From a virus, in IMG/VR virus record IMGVR_UViG_3300034071_001262: DNA of 64,000 bases, one strand, 5' to 3'. The notes beneath the pieces are model-generated. The model was not told the origin of the DNA. It searched no databases and was given only the letters and a program-made list of their open reading frames with translations. Made by a program: the position numbers and the translations under genes. The stretch's first letter is position 1. Every line of letters begins with the position of its first letter. Positions 19,548 to 30,111 of the stretch are shown here, one piece after another.

Positions 19548-20619
19548 AGAAAAAGATCCAGAATATCTTACAAAGATTCTAAAACAGTATGGTAATATTA
19601 TATCTAATGGTCAGCAGATCCTAGAGGAAAAACGTAACTACAAAGTTATATCTGTGAGTCCAGCCATAGATATTGCTTTAGGTGGAGGTATTCGTGAAGG
19701 AACTTGGCTCACACTTACTGGAGATCCAAAAAGCGGTAAGACAACAACTGCAATGCAAATAGCATCTAATTGCCAAAAGGAGGGAAGACCGGTTATATAT
19801 TTAGATGTTGAGGGCAGATTGAAAGATATGAACTTTGAAGTAAGAGATTTAGATGCCTCAAAAATGAAAATTATACATCCAGAAGATAAACCACTACCAG
19901 CAGAGGATTTTTTAGATGTGGCACATAAGTTAATGAGTCATCCAGATTATCATGGTGCGGTACTTATTATAGATTCTATATCCTCATTAATGCCAGCAAA
20001 AGAATTAGATGGAGATATGACCCCCGGTAGGGCTGGATTACCAAAGATTCTATCTATCTTTACTAAAAAGATGGGTCAGCTCTTACCAAGACAACGTGGC
20101 TTAATAATAGCAATTACACACTTCATAGCAAACACAGCTGGATTTGGTGCCACTAAAATGGCTGATGGTGGTACAAAAATTCAATATCAAGCAGATACAA
20201 GAATGGAAATCAAGAGTGGTGGAGAAAAGCTATCCGCTGTAACTCCTTGGACTAATAATAATCAAGAAAGAATTGGTCAGGTTGTGAACTGGAAAATTTT
20301 ATGTTCATCGATGGGGCCACCCGGTGGACAAGTACAAAGTTGGATTAGATATGGTCATGGAATTGATAAAGTGCAAGAGGTATTGATTCTTGCTCTGGAT
20401 CTTGGTATGATAGATAAGGCCGGTGCATGGATGACATGTTCCTTTATGGGGCAGCATAAAGACTTAATTAAGAAGATAAAACCAGATTTGGATATCGAAG
20501 ATAGCGAAGCGATAGAAAAGGCTTTTAAGTTTCAAGGACAAGATAACCTATATCAATTTTTAGTATCTAATCCAGAAGTAGTGTCAATATTGGAAAATAA
20601 TATTAAGTGTGTGATATGA
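19540..20619 (+). CDS. recA: RecA/UvsX-like recombinase
   Basis: SPAIDIALGGG, Walker A GDPKSGKTT, YLDVE, Walker B LIIDSISSL, GIDK. Confidence 0.9.
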   Translation: MAKEKDPEYLTKILKQYGNIISNGQQILEEKRNYKVISVSPAIDIALGGGIREGTWLTLTGDPKSGKTTTAMQIASNCQKEGRPVIYLDVEGRLKDMNFEVRDLDASKMKIIHPEDKPLPAEDFLDVAHKLMSHPDYHGAVLIIDSISSLMPAKELDGDMTPGRAGLPKILSIFTKKMGQLLPRQRGLIIAITHFIANTAGFGATKMADGGTKIQYQADTRMEIKSGGEKLSAVTPWTNNNQERIGQVVNWKILCSSMGPPGGQVQSWIRYGHGIDKVQEVLILALDLGMIDKAGAWMTCSFMGQHKDLIKKIKPDLDIEDSEAIEKAFKFQGQDNLYQFLVSNPEVVSILENNIKCVI

Positions 20620-21020
20620 ACATATTAGGACTAGATGGTAAAAACTATAGTTGGAACCCGTCTGCAAATCAAGCAGACACAGAAAATAGATCATCATTAC
20701 ATATGATGGCAAAAGACTTATTGAATGAACTATTTCCACATGATAGAGTTTTAGAAGAGGTATCTTTACCCGGAAGTAAGACAAAGTACAGAAACACTGT
20801 ATTGAGAGCCGATTTTTTCATACCAAATAGAAATTTGATCATAGAAGTTCATGGAGAGCAGCATTACAAATTCAATAAATTCTTCTTCAAAAACAAGTTA
20901 CATTTTTATCGTGCAAAAGCCAGAGATAATGATAAAAGAGAGTGGTGTGATATTAATTCCATCAAGTTAGTTGAACTAAATTATAATGAGGATATAAATG
21001 AATGGAGAAGAAAGATTTGA
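20616..21020 (+). CDS. DUF559/Vsr-like endonuclease
   Basis: RADFFIP...IIEVHGEQHY...RDNDKREWC. Confidence 0.7.
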   Translation: MNILGLDGKNYSWNPSANQADTENRSSLHMMAKDLLNELFPHDRVLEEVSLPGSKTKYRNTVLRADFFIPNRNLIIEVHGEQHYKFNKFFFKNKLHFYRAKARDNDKREWCDINSIKLVELNYNEDINEWRRKI

Positions 21021-21468
21021 AGTATTCAAATCTTCTATTGAAGATTGGATTAATTTGCATGGCATTCAAGCTGTCAAACCTAATCCCGCGATAGATGAAA
21101 TATTGAATATTGGTAGGGATCAACTCAGAAAATTAACTCATAATCAATGCCTAGAGTATGCATATGAATTATATGCATATAGTGAATATTTAGATAGTTT
21201 ATTGTGCAAAGAGCAAATTGCCTTCGATTGGGCTGATGATAGCATATGGTATGTGATTGCAGACAAGATAGATCAGTACGGAGATAAATATACAAAATGG
21301 CAAGAGAAGTACTTTAAAGCAGTTAAGGAAAATCCATTAGCAACACAAATTGTTAAAGTAAAAACTTATTCTAGTGCTAGAATCAAGGTATTACAAAATA
21401 AAATCAGCACTATCAAAAAGATGTCAGAAATATTATCTAGTTTAGCTAAGAGGAAATATAATGAATAA
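20998..21468 (+). CDS. Helical protein, possible UvsY-like recombination mediator
   Basis: All-helical 156 aa downstream of RecA; call is positional. Confidence 0.35.
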   Translation: MNGEERFEVFKSSIEDWINLHGIQAVKPNPAIDEILNIGRDQLRKLTHNQCLEYAYELYAYSEYLDSLLCKEQIAFDWADDSIWYVIADKIDQYGDKYTKWQEKYFKAVKENPLATQIVKVKTYSSARIKVLQNKISTIKKMSEILSSLAKRKYNE

Positions 21469-21862
21469 AACAGAACACATAAAGAACCTATTAAAAAAAG
21501 CAATAGAAACAAATGACGAAGAACTAATTGCACTAGCAAGTTCTTTAATGTCTGAACAAGACATAGCAGCACCAATAGAGAAAAAAGACGACAATAATGA
21601 ATTCATCTTCACTATGCCAAAATCACAGAATGACAACAAAAGAGGGGTGCCTGTAAATGCCATCAAGAAACGTGTAAATACGTTTCAAGATGATGGAATA
21701 GAAGCCAAAGATATTACTACACCAGATATAAAGCCAACAGAAAGAAAGCGACCAAGGTTTCAACCAATATATCAAACTTGTCAAAAGTGCAATAAATCAA
21801 TTCAGACTCATCCAACACATAAAAGAGATTTCTTTATCTGCGATAGATGTATAGGTAAATAA
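21461..21862 (+). CDS. Hypothetical protein with C-terminal zinc finger
   Basis: CQKC...CDRC. Confidence 0.6.
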   Translation: MNKTEHIKNLLKKAIETNDEELIALASSLMSEQDIAAPIEKKDDNNEFIFTMPKSQNDNKRGVPVNAIKKRVNTFQDDGIEAKDITTPDIKPTERKRPRFQPIYQTCQKCNKSIQTHPTHKRDFFICDRCIGK

Positions 21863-23322
21863 TGCAAAAGAAAAGCTTGCTAGAAAATGCTGCATCTGAA
21901 AGAGCCGTATTGGCTGGATTATGCCAATATGGCTTAGATGTGTATCTCAATATAGACTTTGTTGATACCGACCATTTTCATAATAGCACCAATCAACTTA
22001 TATTCAGTTGCTTAAAGGCCATAATAAACAATAATATCAAAGTTGATTTAACATCAATTCTATCTGCCGCTAGTGATCTAGGTATTTCTGAAAAGATTAA
22101 TACTAAAGATGAAATAGGTTTCATTAGATCATTATTTAATTTCCCTATTCATAAAGAAAATGTTTCCATACATGCAGCTAAAATCGCTAAATTAAAATTA
22201 GCTAGAGATCTAAAGCAAACTCTTAAAGTTTGCTCTGAGAGACTAGAGACTATAAACGGTGAAGAAGATATCATGGATATGATATCTAGTATAGAAGAGC
22301 CAATATTAGATGCAACGTCTAGTATTTATCAATCATCTAATAAGTCTACTGAAATCATAGGATCAAATATAGAAGAGTATATTACATACCTATGCGACAA
22401 TCCATCAGATTTTGCAGGTATTCCAACAGGCTTTAGTAGATATGATTTAGCCATAGGTGGTGGCTTGCGTAGAAAATGCGTAGATTTAATTGCCGCCAGA
22501 CCAAAAATTGGTAAATCAATGTTTGGTGATGCTGTAGCTTTAAATGTATCCAAAGGACTTAAAATACCAGTTCTTATGCTCGATACTGAAATGTCAAAGG
22601 AAGATCATCTCAATCGCATGATAGCAAATTTGAGCGGTGTAGAAATTAATAAGATATCTACTGGAAAATTTGGACAATGTGAATTAGATAAAGAGAAGGT
22701 ATATAAGGCAGCAGAAGAACTTAAAAGTATTCCATATCACTACATCAGTATTGCTGGTCAGCCATTTGAAAATATAATATCAATCATGAGAAAATGGATA
22801 TATCAATATGTAGGATTTAATGAGGATGGCTCTACTAAAGACTGTTTAATAATATATGACTATCTAAAATTAATGGGATCAGAAACAATAAACAATTCTA
22901 TGCAAGAATATCAAGTTCTTGGTTTTCAAATTACTAAACTACATAATTTTTGCGTAAAGTATGATGTACCATGCCTTAGTTTTGTACAATTAAATAGAGA
23001 TGGTATTACTAAGGAATCTACAGATGTAGTTTCTGGATCAGATAGATTAATTTGGCTATGTACAAGTTTCTCAATATTCAAGCTAAAATCAGATGAAGAA
23101 ATTGCTGAAGATAGGCAAGAAAATGGAAATCGTAAACTTGTACCAATCGTGTCAAGGCATGGTGGAGGACTAGATGATGGCGATTATATTAGCATGAAGA
23201 TGTTTGGCTCTATTGGTAAAATAGAAGAAGGCAAGACTAGAAACGAAATACATCAAAAGGCAAAAAATAAACAAGAAGGATTTGAGATCGATGGAGAAAT
23301 TGACTCAGAAACAGATATATAG
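21862..23322 (+). CDS. dnaB: Replicative DNA helicase
   Basis: ERAVL, GIPTGF, AARPKIGKS, DTEM, IYDYLKL, VQLNR. Confidence 0.93.
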   Translation: MQKKSLLENAASERAVLAGLCQYGLDVYLNIDFVDTDHFHNSTNQLIFSCLKAIINNNIKVDLTSILSAASDLGISEKINTKDEIGFIRSLFNFPIHKENVSIHAAKIAKLKLARDLKQTLKVCSERLETINGEEDIMDMISSIEEPILDATSSIYQSSNKSTEIIGSNIEEYITYLCDNPSDFAGIPTGFSRYDLAIGGGLRRKCVDLIAARPKIGKSMFGDAVALNVSKGLKIPVLMLDTEMSKEDHLNRMIANLSGVEINKISTGKFGQCELDKEKVYKAAEELKSIPYHYISIAGQPFENIISIMRKWIYQYVGFNEDGSTKDCLIIYDYLKLMGSETINNSMQEYQVLGFQITKLHNFCVKYDVPCLSFVQLNRDGITKESTDVVSGSDRLIWLCTSFSIFKLKSDEEIAEDRQENGNRKLVPIVSRHGGGLDDGDYISMKMFGSIGKIEEGKTRNEIHQKAKNKQEGFEIDGEIDSETDI

Positions 23323-24331
23323 TATCTGTGTTAAATTGATAGACAATATTCCCAAAATATTGAATACATTTCAAATTGACTACATAGAATATCCAAATAG
23401 ATTTTCATTTCCTTGTCCTGTGCATGGTGGTGATAATCCAGAGGGATGCAGTTTGTTTGTTGATGGCGATTCAGCTAAAGGTAATTGGAGATGCTGGACA
23501 CATAATTGTCAAGAAGAATATACTAGTAATATTTTTGGATTTGTTAGAGGGGCTATGTCTCACACACGAAGAAAAAAAATCTCATTAAATGAAACTCTAT
23601 CATTTTGTGAAAATATACTTGGCACAAAATTGAACCACTCTGATATAGAAATACCAACCAAAAATTTAGACATACTAGAAGTCTTTACAAAAAAACCACA
23701 AGATATAGGTAGTGAATTATCTAGATCACAAGTTAGATTAAAACTAGATATACCATGCAAATACTTTATCAATAGAGGATTTCTACCAGAAACGTTAAAC
23801 ACATTTGATGTTGGTATTTGTAAAGAAAAAAATAAACCTATGTCTGGCAGATCTGTAGTACCAATATATGATCAATCATATAAATATGTTGGATGTGCTG
23901 GTAGAGCATTGAACAATGATTTGCAACCTAAGTGGTTATACAGTAAAGGCTTTAAAAAAGCTGTGTTATATGGTATGCATATAGCTAAATATGATATATT
24001 ACAAACTGGTAACATAATTTTGGTAGAAGGTCAGGGTGATGTATGGAGGATGCACGAAGCTGGATATAAACAAACAGTAGGTATTTTTGGTTCCAGTATC
24101 AGTGATGATCAACTATTACTAATGGAAAATAGTGGAGCATGTAATGTAATTATATTAACGGACTCAGATGATGCTGGTGATATGGCCTATAAACAGATAG
24201 TCAAAAAATGCGGTCGTAGATTTAATTATTATCGACCACGAATTTCAGCCAAAGATGCTGGCGATATGAAAATATCAGATCTACAGAAAGAACTAGCACC
24301 CCAACTAAAAGGAGTAATTGATGCAAACTAG
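23291..24331 (+). CDS. dnaG: DNA primase (CHC2 zinc finger plus TOPRIM)
   Basis: CPVH...WRCWTHNC, GRAL...PKW, LVEGQGD, DSDDAG, KDAGD. Confidence 0.9.
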   Translation: MEKLTQKQIYSICVKLIDNIPKILNTFQIDYIEYPNRFSFPCPVHGGDNPEGCSLFVDGDSAKGNWRCWTHNCQEEYTSNIFGFVRGAMSHTRRKKISLNETLSFCENILGTKLNHSDIEIPTKNLDILEVFTKKPQDIGSELSRSQVRLKLDIPCKYFINRGFLPETLNTFDVGICKEKNKPMSGRSVVPIYDQSYKYVGCAGRALNNDLQPKWLYSKGFKKAVLYGMHIAKYDILQTGNIILVEGQGDVWRMHEAGYKQTVGIFGSSISDDQLLLMENSGACNVIILTDSDDAGDMAYKQIVKKCGRRFNYYRPRISAKDAGDMKISDLQKELAPQLKGVIDAN

Positions 24332-25205
24332 AATTTTAGCTTTTGCTGGTCATAAACAGGCTGGAAAAACCACATGTTCTAATTTTTTACATGGCTATCA
24401 ACTTAGGGCTAATGGCGTGATTGATGGATTTGATATTACTACAGATGGAAAGCTAGTTATAAAAACGGCCATCATAGACGATGACGGCAAAGAGAAAGAA
24501 GGATTGGGATTATTAGAGACTAACAGATTAGATGCAGAGTTTGCAGAGTGGGCGGTATATAATATGTGGCCGTTCATTAAGAACTATTCATTTGCCACTC
24601 CGCTCAAAGATATTTGCATTGGTCTATTTGGTTTGCAACAAGAAAATATATATGGCAATAATTCCATGAAGAATGCGAATACATTCTATAGATGGGAAGA
24701 TATGCCATCTGTTATTACAGATAAAGATTTACTTACCAATCCAGAAATAAAGAAATTAGTAGATAGTGGAATATTACATTACCATCAAAAAGGCAAGATG
24801 ACACACAGAGAATTTTTACAATTCTTTGGCACAGATATATGTAGGAAAATATATGAAGATATTTGGTATAGTAGATTATTGAATGACATTAATCATGAAC
24901 AACCATTAGTAGCAATTGTAGATGATTGTAGATTTATCAATGAAGTGAATGCTATACAGAATGCTGGTGGTAAAGTGATATATTTAACTAGAAATTTATA
25001 TGACGATAGTCATAGTAGCGAAGCGGAACTAAAGGAGTGTAATCATTTTGATGCAACTATAGATAATCAAGATTTATCTATACACGAAACCAATATTAAG
25101 CTTATTGAAATATTAGATAGCTGGGGTTGGCTAGGTAAAGAAATAATACCAAATAATAAATCAATGCTACAAAAGGTTGGTGGCATACATAAAATAAAGG
25201 AATAA
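24321..25205 (+). CDS. Deoxynucleoside monophosphate kinase
   Basis: GHKQAGKTT, SFATPLK, REFLQFFGTD, DCRFINE, HSSE (T4 gp1-like pattern). Confidence 0.85.
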   Translation: MQTRILAFAGHKQAGKTTCSNFLHGYQLRANGVIDGFDITTDGKLVIKTAIIDDDGKEKEGLGLLETNRLDAEFAEWAVYNMWPFIKNYSFATPLKDICIGLFGLQQENIYGNNSMKNANTFYRWEDMPSVITDKDLLTNPEIKKLVDSGILHYHQKGKMTHREFLQFFGTDICRKIYEDIWYSRLLNDINHEQPLVAIVDDCRFINEVNAIQNAGGKVIYLTRNLYDDSHSSEAELKECNHFDATIDNQDLSIHETNIKLIEILDSWGWLGKEIIPNNKSMLQKVGGIHKIKE

Positions 25206-25206
25206 A

Positions 25207-26229
25207 ATGATTATTACATATATTCGATCATCGAGCTATAACAATTATGAATATTGTCAGATGCAGTATTTTATTACATATGTTTTGGGACATCAAAGCA
25301 TATCTGGAAAGAAAGCACAGCTTGGTACGATTGTACATAAGGTTATGGAATGTTTAGCTAAATGCAAACAGGCATTACAATCCAGTAGTACAAAAAAATC
25401 TTTATCTATTAATGATGACGCGATTGGAGATCTGTCATTTACTGCCAACTCTTTATTTACTAAGTCTTTTGTAGATAAGCTTATTAGTAAAAGCTATGAT
25501 CATTACACAAGTAAATGCACTCATGACTATCATTCAGCAGATCTTGCTTTCTGTAAAGACTTAGTTAAAACAGCGTTAGAATATAATGATGGACAATTTG
25601 ATCCACGTAATAGAAAAATTATTGCCGCAGAACCACAATTTGATATTCCAATAGAAACTGGATGGGCTAAATACGAATATAAATTACCAAATGGTAAAAT
25701 TGTTAAAGGTCAATTAGCTATTAAGGGTACTATTGATCTTGTAACAGAAGTAGATAAAGATGTGATAGAAATCATAGATTGGAAAACAGGAAAAAGACTT
25801 AATTGGGCAACAGGGGAAGAAAAAACATATGATAAATTATGTCAAGACCCACAGCTGATGTTATATAATTATGCCACATCTAAACTTTTTCCAGAATATA
25901 AACAATCAATTATGTCTATCTTCTTTATTAAAGACGGTGGACCATTTAGTATGTGTTTTGATGAACAGGATCAAAATAATTTCTTGTCCATGCTAGAATC
26001 TAGATATAAGCAAATTCAACATAATGATTTTCCTAAGCCTATTTCTAATGATAGATCTAATTTTAAATGTACTAAATTATGTCACTTCTATAAGAACAAT
26101 TGGCCGGGAACAAATAAACCAATGTGCAATTATGTTGAAGATCATTTAAGAGCTTTTGGATATGATGAAACAATAGAAAAATGCACTAATGATAATTTTG
26201 ATATAGGATATTATTCAGCGCCGGGTTAA
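25207..26229 (+). CDS. PD-(D/E)XK (Cas4/RecB-like) exonuclease
   Basis: YC..Y, GTIVH, KGTIDL...IIDWKTG, QLMLY, C-terminal CTKLC...C cysteines. Confidence 0.85.
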   Translation: MIITYIRSSSYNNYEYCQMQYFITYVLGHQSISGKKAQLGTIVHKVMECLAKCKQALQSSSTKKSLSINDDAIGDLSFTANSLFTKSFVDKLISKSYDHYTSKCTHDYHSADLAFCKDLVKTALEYNDGQFDPRNRKIIAAEPQFDIPIETGWAKYEYKLPNGKIVKGQLAIKGTIDLVTEVDKDVIEIIDWKTGKRLNWATGEEKTYDKLCQDPQLMLYNYATSKLFPEYKQSIMSIFFIKDGGPFSMCFDEQDQNNFLSMLESRYKQIQHNDFPKPISNDRSNFKCTKLCHFYKNNWPGTNKPMCNYVEDHLRAFGYDETIEKCTNDNFDIGYYSAPG

Positions 26230-26231
26230 TT

Positions 26232-26714
26232 ATGTTAGAAGTAAAAATTACAGAACAGATGAAAGAGCGAGCTTTTCAAAAGGCCAAAGATATGGGTAAA
26301 TTGGTTAATTCTATCACTAATGGTGATGGTAATTTGGCTGGATTTTTAGGAGAAGAAATAGCCAATTCTGTTATTAATGGCACGATTAATAATACTTATG
26401 ATTATGATATAATTAAAGAAGGAAAAAAATATGACGTAAAAACAAAAAGATGTACAAGTAAACCAAAAGAATATTACGAATGTTCGATAGCGGCATATAA
26501 TACTAAACAAAAATGTGACACATATGTATTCGTGCGAATAGAATACAAAAATAATAACTGGGGTAGGGCTTGGATTCTAGGATATTTTCCTAAAACAGAA
26601 TATTTTCAAAAGGCAAGATTTCTAAAACAGGGGGATATAGACCATAGTAATGGCTTTATTGTAAAAGCTAACTGTTATAATATGGCAATCAAGGATCTTA
26701 AACAATATGGCTGA
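26232..26714 (+). CDS. Putative restriction-fold nuclease / conserved phage protein
   Basis: GFLGE...YDYDII...YDVKTK pattern. Confidence 0.5.
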   Translation: MLEVKITEQMKERAFQKAKDMGKLVNSITNGDGNLAGFLGEEIANSVINGTINNTYDYDIIKEGKKYDVKTKRCTSKPKEYYECSIAAYNTKQKCDTYVFVRIEYKNNNWGRAWILGYFPKTEYFQKARFLKQGDIDHSNGFIVKANCYNMAIKDLKQYG

Positions 26715-27615
26715 ATTACTCGACTTACATAAAGAATTTCATCTTGGTAATATGTTTACATATAACGTTGGAAAAAAATTAGCCAACTTATTATGTAATA
26801 AATTCAGAGTAATTCTAAAGTATGATAATGCAGAATTGCCAATATTTAATGATGATTTACTAAATATTGAAATAGCGACCTCAAGAGAAACACACTCTAT
26901 ACCTAATAATTTTTTTAGAGATGATGTTTACGCTATTTTTCAAAACTATTTTATGCTAGATAGATGGGAATATCCTATATATAATCCACTAGCATATCCA
27001 ATGCCAATAGGAACATTTGTCGATTTTGATCAGTTGAAATCTATAGAAATCAAACCGATTCCAGAAAGGAAATATGATTTTTCTTTTGTGGGGCAAATAC
27101 CACACACTGGTACTAGAGATTCTTTTAAAAGAAATATAGAACAATTAATATTAAAAACTGGCAAGAAGTTTAAATATGTATTAGAATTTACTAATGGTTT
27201 TAATAATGGACTATCACATACAGAATATGTTGAGCTATTAAACGACTCAAAAATAGCATTGTGTCCACCCGGCGCTTATAGCTTAGAAACATTTAGATTT
27301 TTTGAATGCATTAAAATGGGCGCAATTCCAATGGTTGAAAGATTGCCCAAGCTGTGGTATTATGAGAATGCACCATTCTTCAAGTGTAGGTGGCACGAAT
27401 TAGATTTTTATTTATCAACATCTTTGAATTATCTAAATAGCACTATATCCAGAAACACATTTGAAAAATTAGCTATATATAATATGAACATACTAGATGA
27501 GCAACAACTCGCACTACATTTATATAAAGTATTACAAAATAGAAATAATATAGATAAAACAATTATACAATCAGAAATACAAAAAATAAGAAGAGAGCTA
27601 GAACAATATGTCTAA
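26707..27615 (+). CDS. Exostosin-like (GT47) glycosyltransferase
   Basis: YDFSFVGQ...R, SKIALCPPG..SLETFRFFECIKMGAIP. Confidence 0.75.
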   Translation: MAELLDLHKEFHLGNMFTYNVGKKLANLLCNKFRVILKYDNAELPIFNDDLLNIEIATSRETHSIPNNFFRDDVYAIFQNYFMLDRWEYPIYNPLAYPMPIGTFVDFDQLKSIEIKPIPERKYDFSFVGQIPHTGTRDSFKRNIEQLILKTGKKFKYVLEFTNGFNNGLSHTEYVELLNDSKIALCPPGAYSLETFRFFECIKMGAIPMVERLPKLWYYENAPFFKCRWHELDFYLSTSLNYLNSTISRNTFEKLAIYNMNILDEQQLALHLYKVLQNRNNIDKTIIQSEIQKIRRELEQYV

Positions 27616-29203
27616 TATTGCATTAAATTGTAAAACACATTTTAGTTTACTAAATGGCTTATCACAATGTGACGACTTAGCAAAGAGATGTAATGAGTAT
27701 GGATATGATGGCTGTGTTATAGCAGATAAAAAAACCATATCTGGAGCAATAGAGTTTCATCAAGCCTGTAAAAAAAACAACATTAAACCAATTATAGGAT
27801 GTGATTTTGGCGAATTTATATTGATTGCAAAAAATAAATCTGGATGGTTTGAACTAATGAGAATAGTTTCAGATATTGATCATATCATGCTAGAGGATAT
27901 TGCTAAAACCAACAATATATTATGTATGTCTAACGATCTAAATATAGAAAAAATTTTTCTAGACAATTTTATTCAATGTAATATAAAGCAATATGCTATC
28001 TACTATGTAGATCAAAAGGACGTAGAGTGTCATCGTATTTTGTTATGTGCGGATCAGAAAACAACATTGCCAAATATAAAGAAAAAGATCAGAAACAATG
28101 AAGAATTTGAGCATATGGAATTTTTTACTAGAAATGATTTCTACTTAACTATTCCGCCAAGTGATACTATTTATCAATCAATTTCTGATAAGTTAAACAT
28201 ATTATGCGAGTCATATGATATAACAGAAAAACCACGACTACCAAAATTTCAATGCCCAAATGATATTAATGAAAATGATTATTTGAGGCAGTTATGTAGA
28301 ATTGGGTGGATGGATAGATTAATCAAAACTGGTAAAATATTGAATGAAGATAAAAAGACGGAATATACTAATAGAATAAAACATGAACTGGATGTAATAC
28401 TAAATGCAAATCTCGCCGGATATTTTCTAATTGTGCAAGATATAGTCAATGAAGTCAAGCGTAGAGGATGGTTAGCTGGTCCCGGTAGAGGTTCAGCCGC
28501 AGGGTGTCTGGTATCGTTTCTAGTAGGAATTACAGATGTGGACCCAATCCAACATGGTCTACTTTTTGAAAGATTCTACAACGAAGGTAGAAACACTAAA
28601 GACCACATCTCGTTACCAGATATTGATGTCGATGTACCAGCTGAATATAGAGATAACATTATTGACTATATCAAAACAAAATATGGACATGAAAATGTAT
28701 CTCAAATGATTACATTCGGTAGACTACAAGGTAGAGCAGCATTAAAAGAGGTTTTAAGGATTAATGATGCCGTGTCATTTGCTGAAATGAATGAGATAAC
28801 TAAAAGAATACCAAACGAGGCAGAAATCTCTGATCAGCTAGAATTAATGGGTGAAAAATCTATCATTAATTGGGCATTAGATAATGACGCTGAATCATTA
28901 AAGAATTGGTGCTATAAAAACGAAAATGGCACATTAGAAGGACCGCTAGCAGATATATTTAAACAGGCAATCGACATTGAGGGTACTAATAAGTCGCAAG
29001 GCAAACATGCGGCTGGAGTATTAATCTCTCAACAAAAACTTCTAGATATATGTCCAATGGTTAAAGACAAAAACGATCAAATGATAGCCGCATTTGAAAT
29101 GAACGATTTAGAAAGCCAAGGACATATCAAGTTCGATATTCTTGGAATTGATTTATTAAGTAAGATCATGGAGATTATTGGAGACGAAAATGACAATAAC
29201 TAA
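27608..29203 (+). CDS. dnaE: DNA polymerase III alpha, N-terminal part (degenerate PHP plus palm/thumb)
   Basis: THFSLLNG, GPGRGSAAG, LLFERF, PDIDVD, HAAG, KFDILG, then a stop. Confidence 0.92.
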   Translation: MSNIALNCKTHFSLLNGLSQCDDLAKRCNEYGYDGCVIADKKTISGAIEFHQACKKNNIKPIIGCDFGEFILIAKNKSGWFELMRIVSDIDHIMLEDIAKTNNILCMSNDLNIEKIFLDNFIQCNIKQYAIYYVDQKDVECHRILLCADQKTTLPNIKKKIRNNEEFEHMEFFTRNDFYLTIPPSDTIYQSISDKLNILCESYDITEKPRLPKFQCPNDINENDYLRQLCRIGWMDRLIKTGKILNEDKKTEYTNRIKHELDVILNANLAGYFLIVQDIVNEVKRRGWLAGPGRGSAAGCLVSFLVGITDVDPIQHGLLFERFYNEGRNTKDHISLPDIDVDVPAEYRDNIIDYIKTKYGHENVSQMITFGRLQGRAALKEVLRINDAVSFAEMNEITKRIPNEAEISDQLELMGEKSIINWALDNDAESLKNWCYKNENGTLEGPLADIFKQAIDIEGTNKSQGKHAAGVLISQQKLLDICPMVKDKNDQMIAAFEMNDLESQGHIKFDILGIDLLSKIMEIIGDENDNN

Positions 29204-29426
29204 GCAAGATATTAAAGCTGTTGTTTTTGCTGGATGCGCTGTAGATTGTGGTGGTGTGTCTATATGTAACATAGAAAATCATCTCAAGAACAAATTGATA
29301 TCCAGAGCAGCAAAGTACCAAGTTTGGTCAGATAAGCATCATTGTTATAATATGTATCATAATATTGATGAAGCTGTAGATAAATTTTTTGCATTAACCA
29401 GAGGAAAACTGAATGGCAAATCATAG
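29190..29426 (+). CDS. Small hypothetical protein between the dnaE halves
   Basis: GGAG RBS before ATG 29190; overlaps both neighbours. Confidence 0.55.
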   Translation: MTITKQDIKAVVFAGCAVDCGGVSICNIENHLKNKLISRAAKYQVWSDKHHCYNMYHNIDEAVDKFFALTRGKLNGKS

Positions 29427-30102
29427 AGATTATATTGTGTTCGACTTTGAAACTGGTGGCGCTGATCCAAATACATGTCAACCCACACAGATAGCCGCAG
29501 TAGCCATACATGCGAAGAAGTTGGAACTACAACCAAATGGAGTCTTTAATAGTGAAATTAGACCAATAATTGACGATGAAGAAGCTATTAAAGCTGGAGT
29601 AGGACCGCTTGAGGATAAGGCATTAGAGATTACCAGAAAAAATAGAGACACTTTAGCCAAAGCACCGCTACCAAAAGTTGTATGGAAAAAATTTGCAGAA
29701 TTCTGTAATCAATACAATTTTAAGAAAACATCATATACCGCACCAGTAGCTGTTGGCTATAATATCATTGGATATGATATGGTTATCGTAGATCGCTTAT
29801 GTAAACAATATGGACCATTTGATAAAATCAAAAATGAGCAAAAGATCTTTAATCCAATATTCAAGATAGATCTAATGAATCATATATATTGCTGGTTTGA
29901 AAATAATCACGATGTAAAAGGTTATAACATGGATTATTTAAGAGATTATTTCGGAATATCTTCAGAAAATTCACATGACGCCTTACAAGACGTTAAAGAT
30001 ACAGCAAATATACTGATAAAATTTCTAAAGCTACAGCGTAATCTATTAAAGAAAATCAAGTTTGAAAAAGCCTTTGCAAATAGCGAACTCTATATACAAT
30101 AG
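29413..30102 (+). CDS. dnaQ: DEDDh 3'-5' exonuclease (Pol III epsilon-like)
   Basis: ExoI VFDFETGG, ExoII GYN...YD, ExoIII HDALQD. Confidence 0.85.
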   Translation: MANHRDYIVFDFETGGADPNTCQPTQIAAVAIHAKKLELQPNGVFNSEIRPIIDDEEAIKAGVGPLEDKALEITRKNRDTLAKAPLPKVVWKKFAEFCNQYNFKKTSYTAPVAVGYNIIGYDMVIVDRLCKQYGPFDKIKNEQKIFNPIFKIDLMNHIYCWFENNHDVKGYNMDYLRDYFGISSENSHDALQDVKDTANILIKFLKLQRNLLKKIKFEKAFANSELYIQ

Positions 30103-30111
30103 ACAATTAAC

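Noticed and set aside
25207-26229. Cas4 / CRISPR-Cas system
   Set aside because: A solo PD-(D/E)XK exonuclease in a replication operon; no repeat-spacer array or other cas genes seen.
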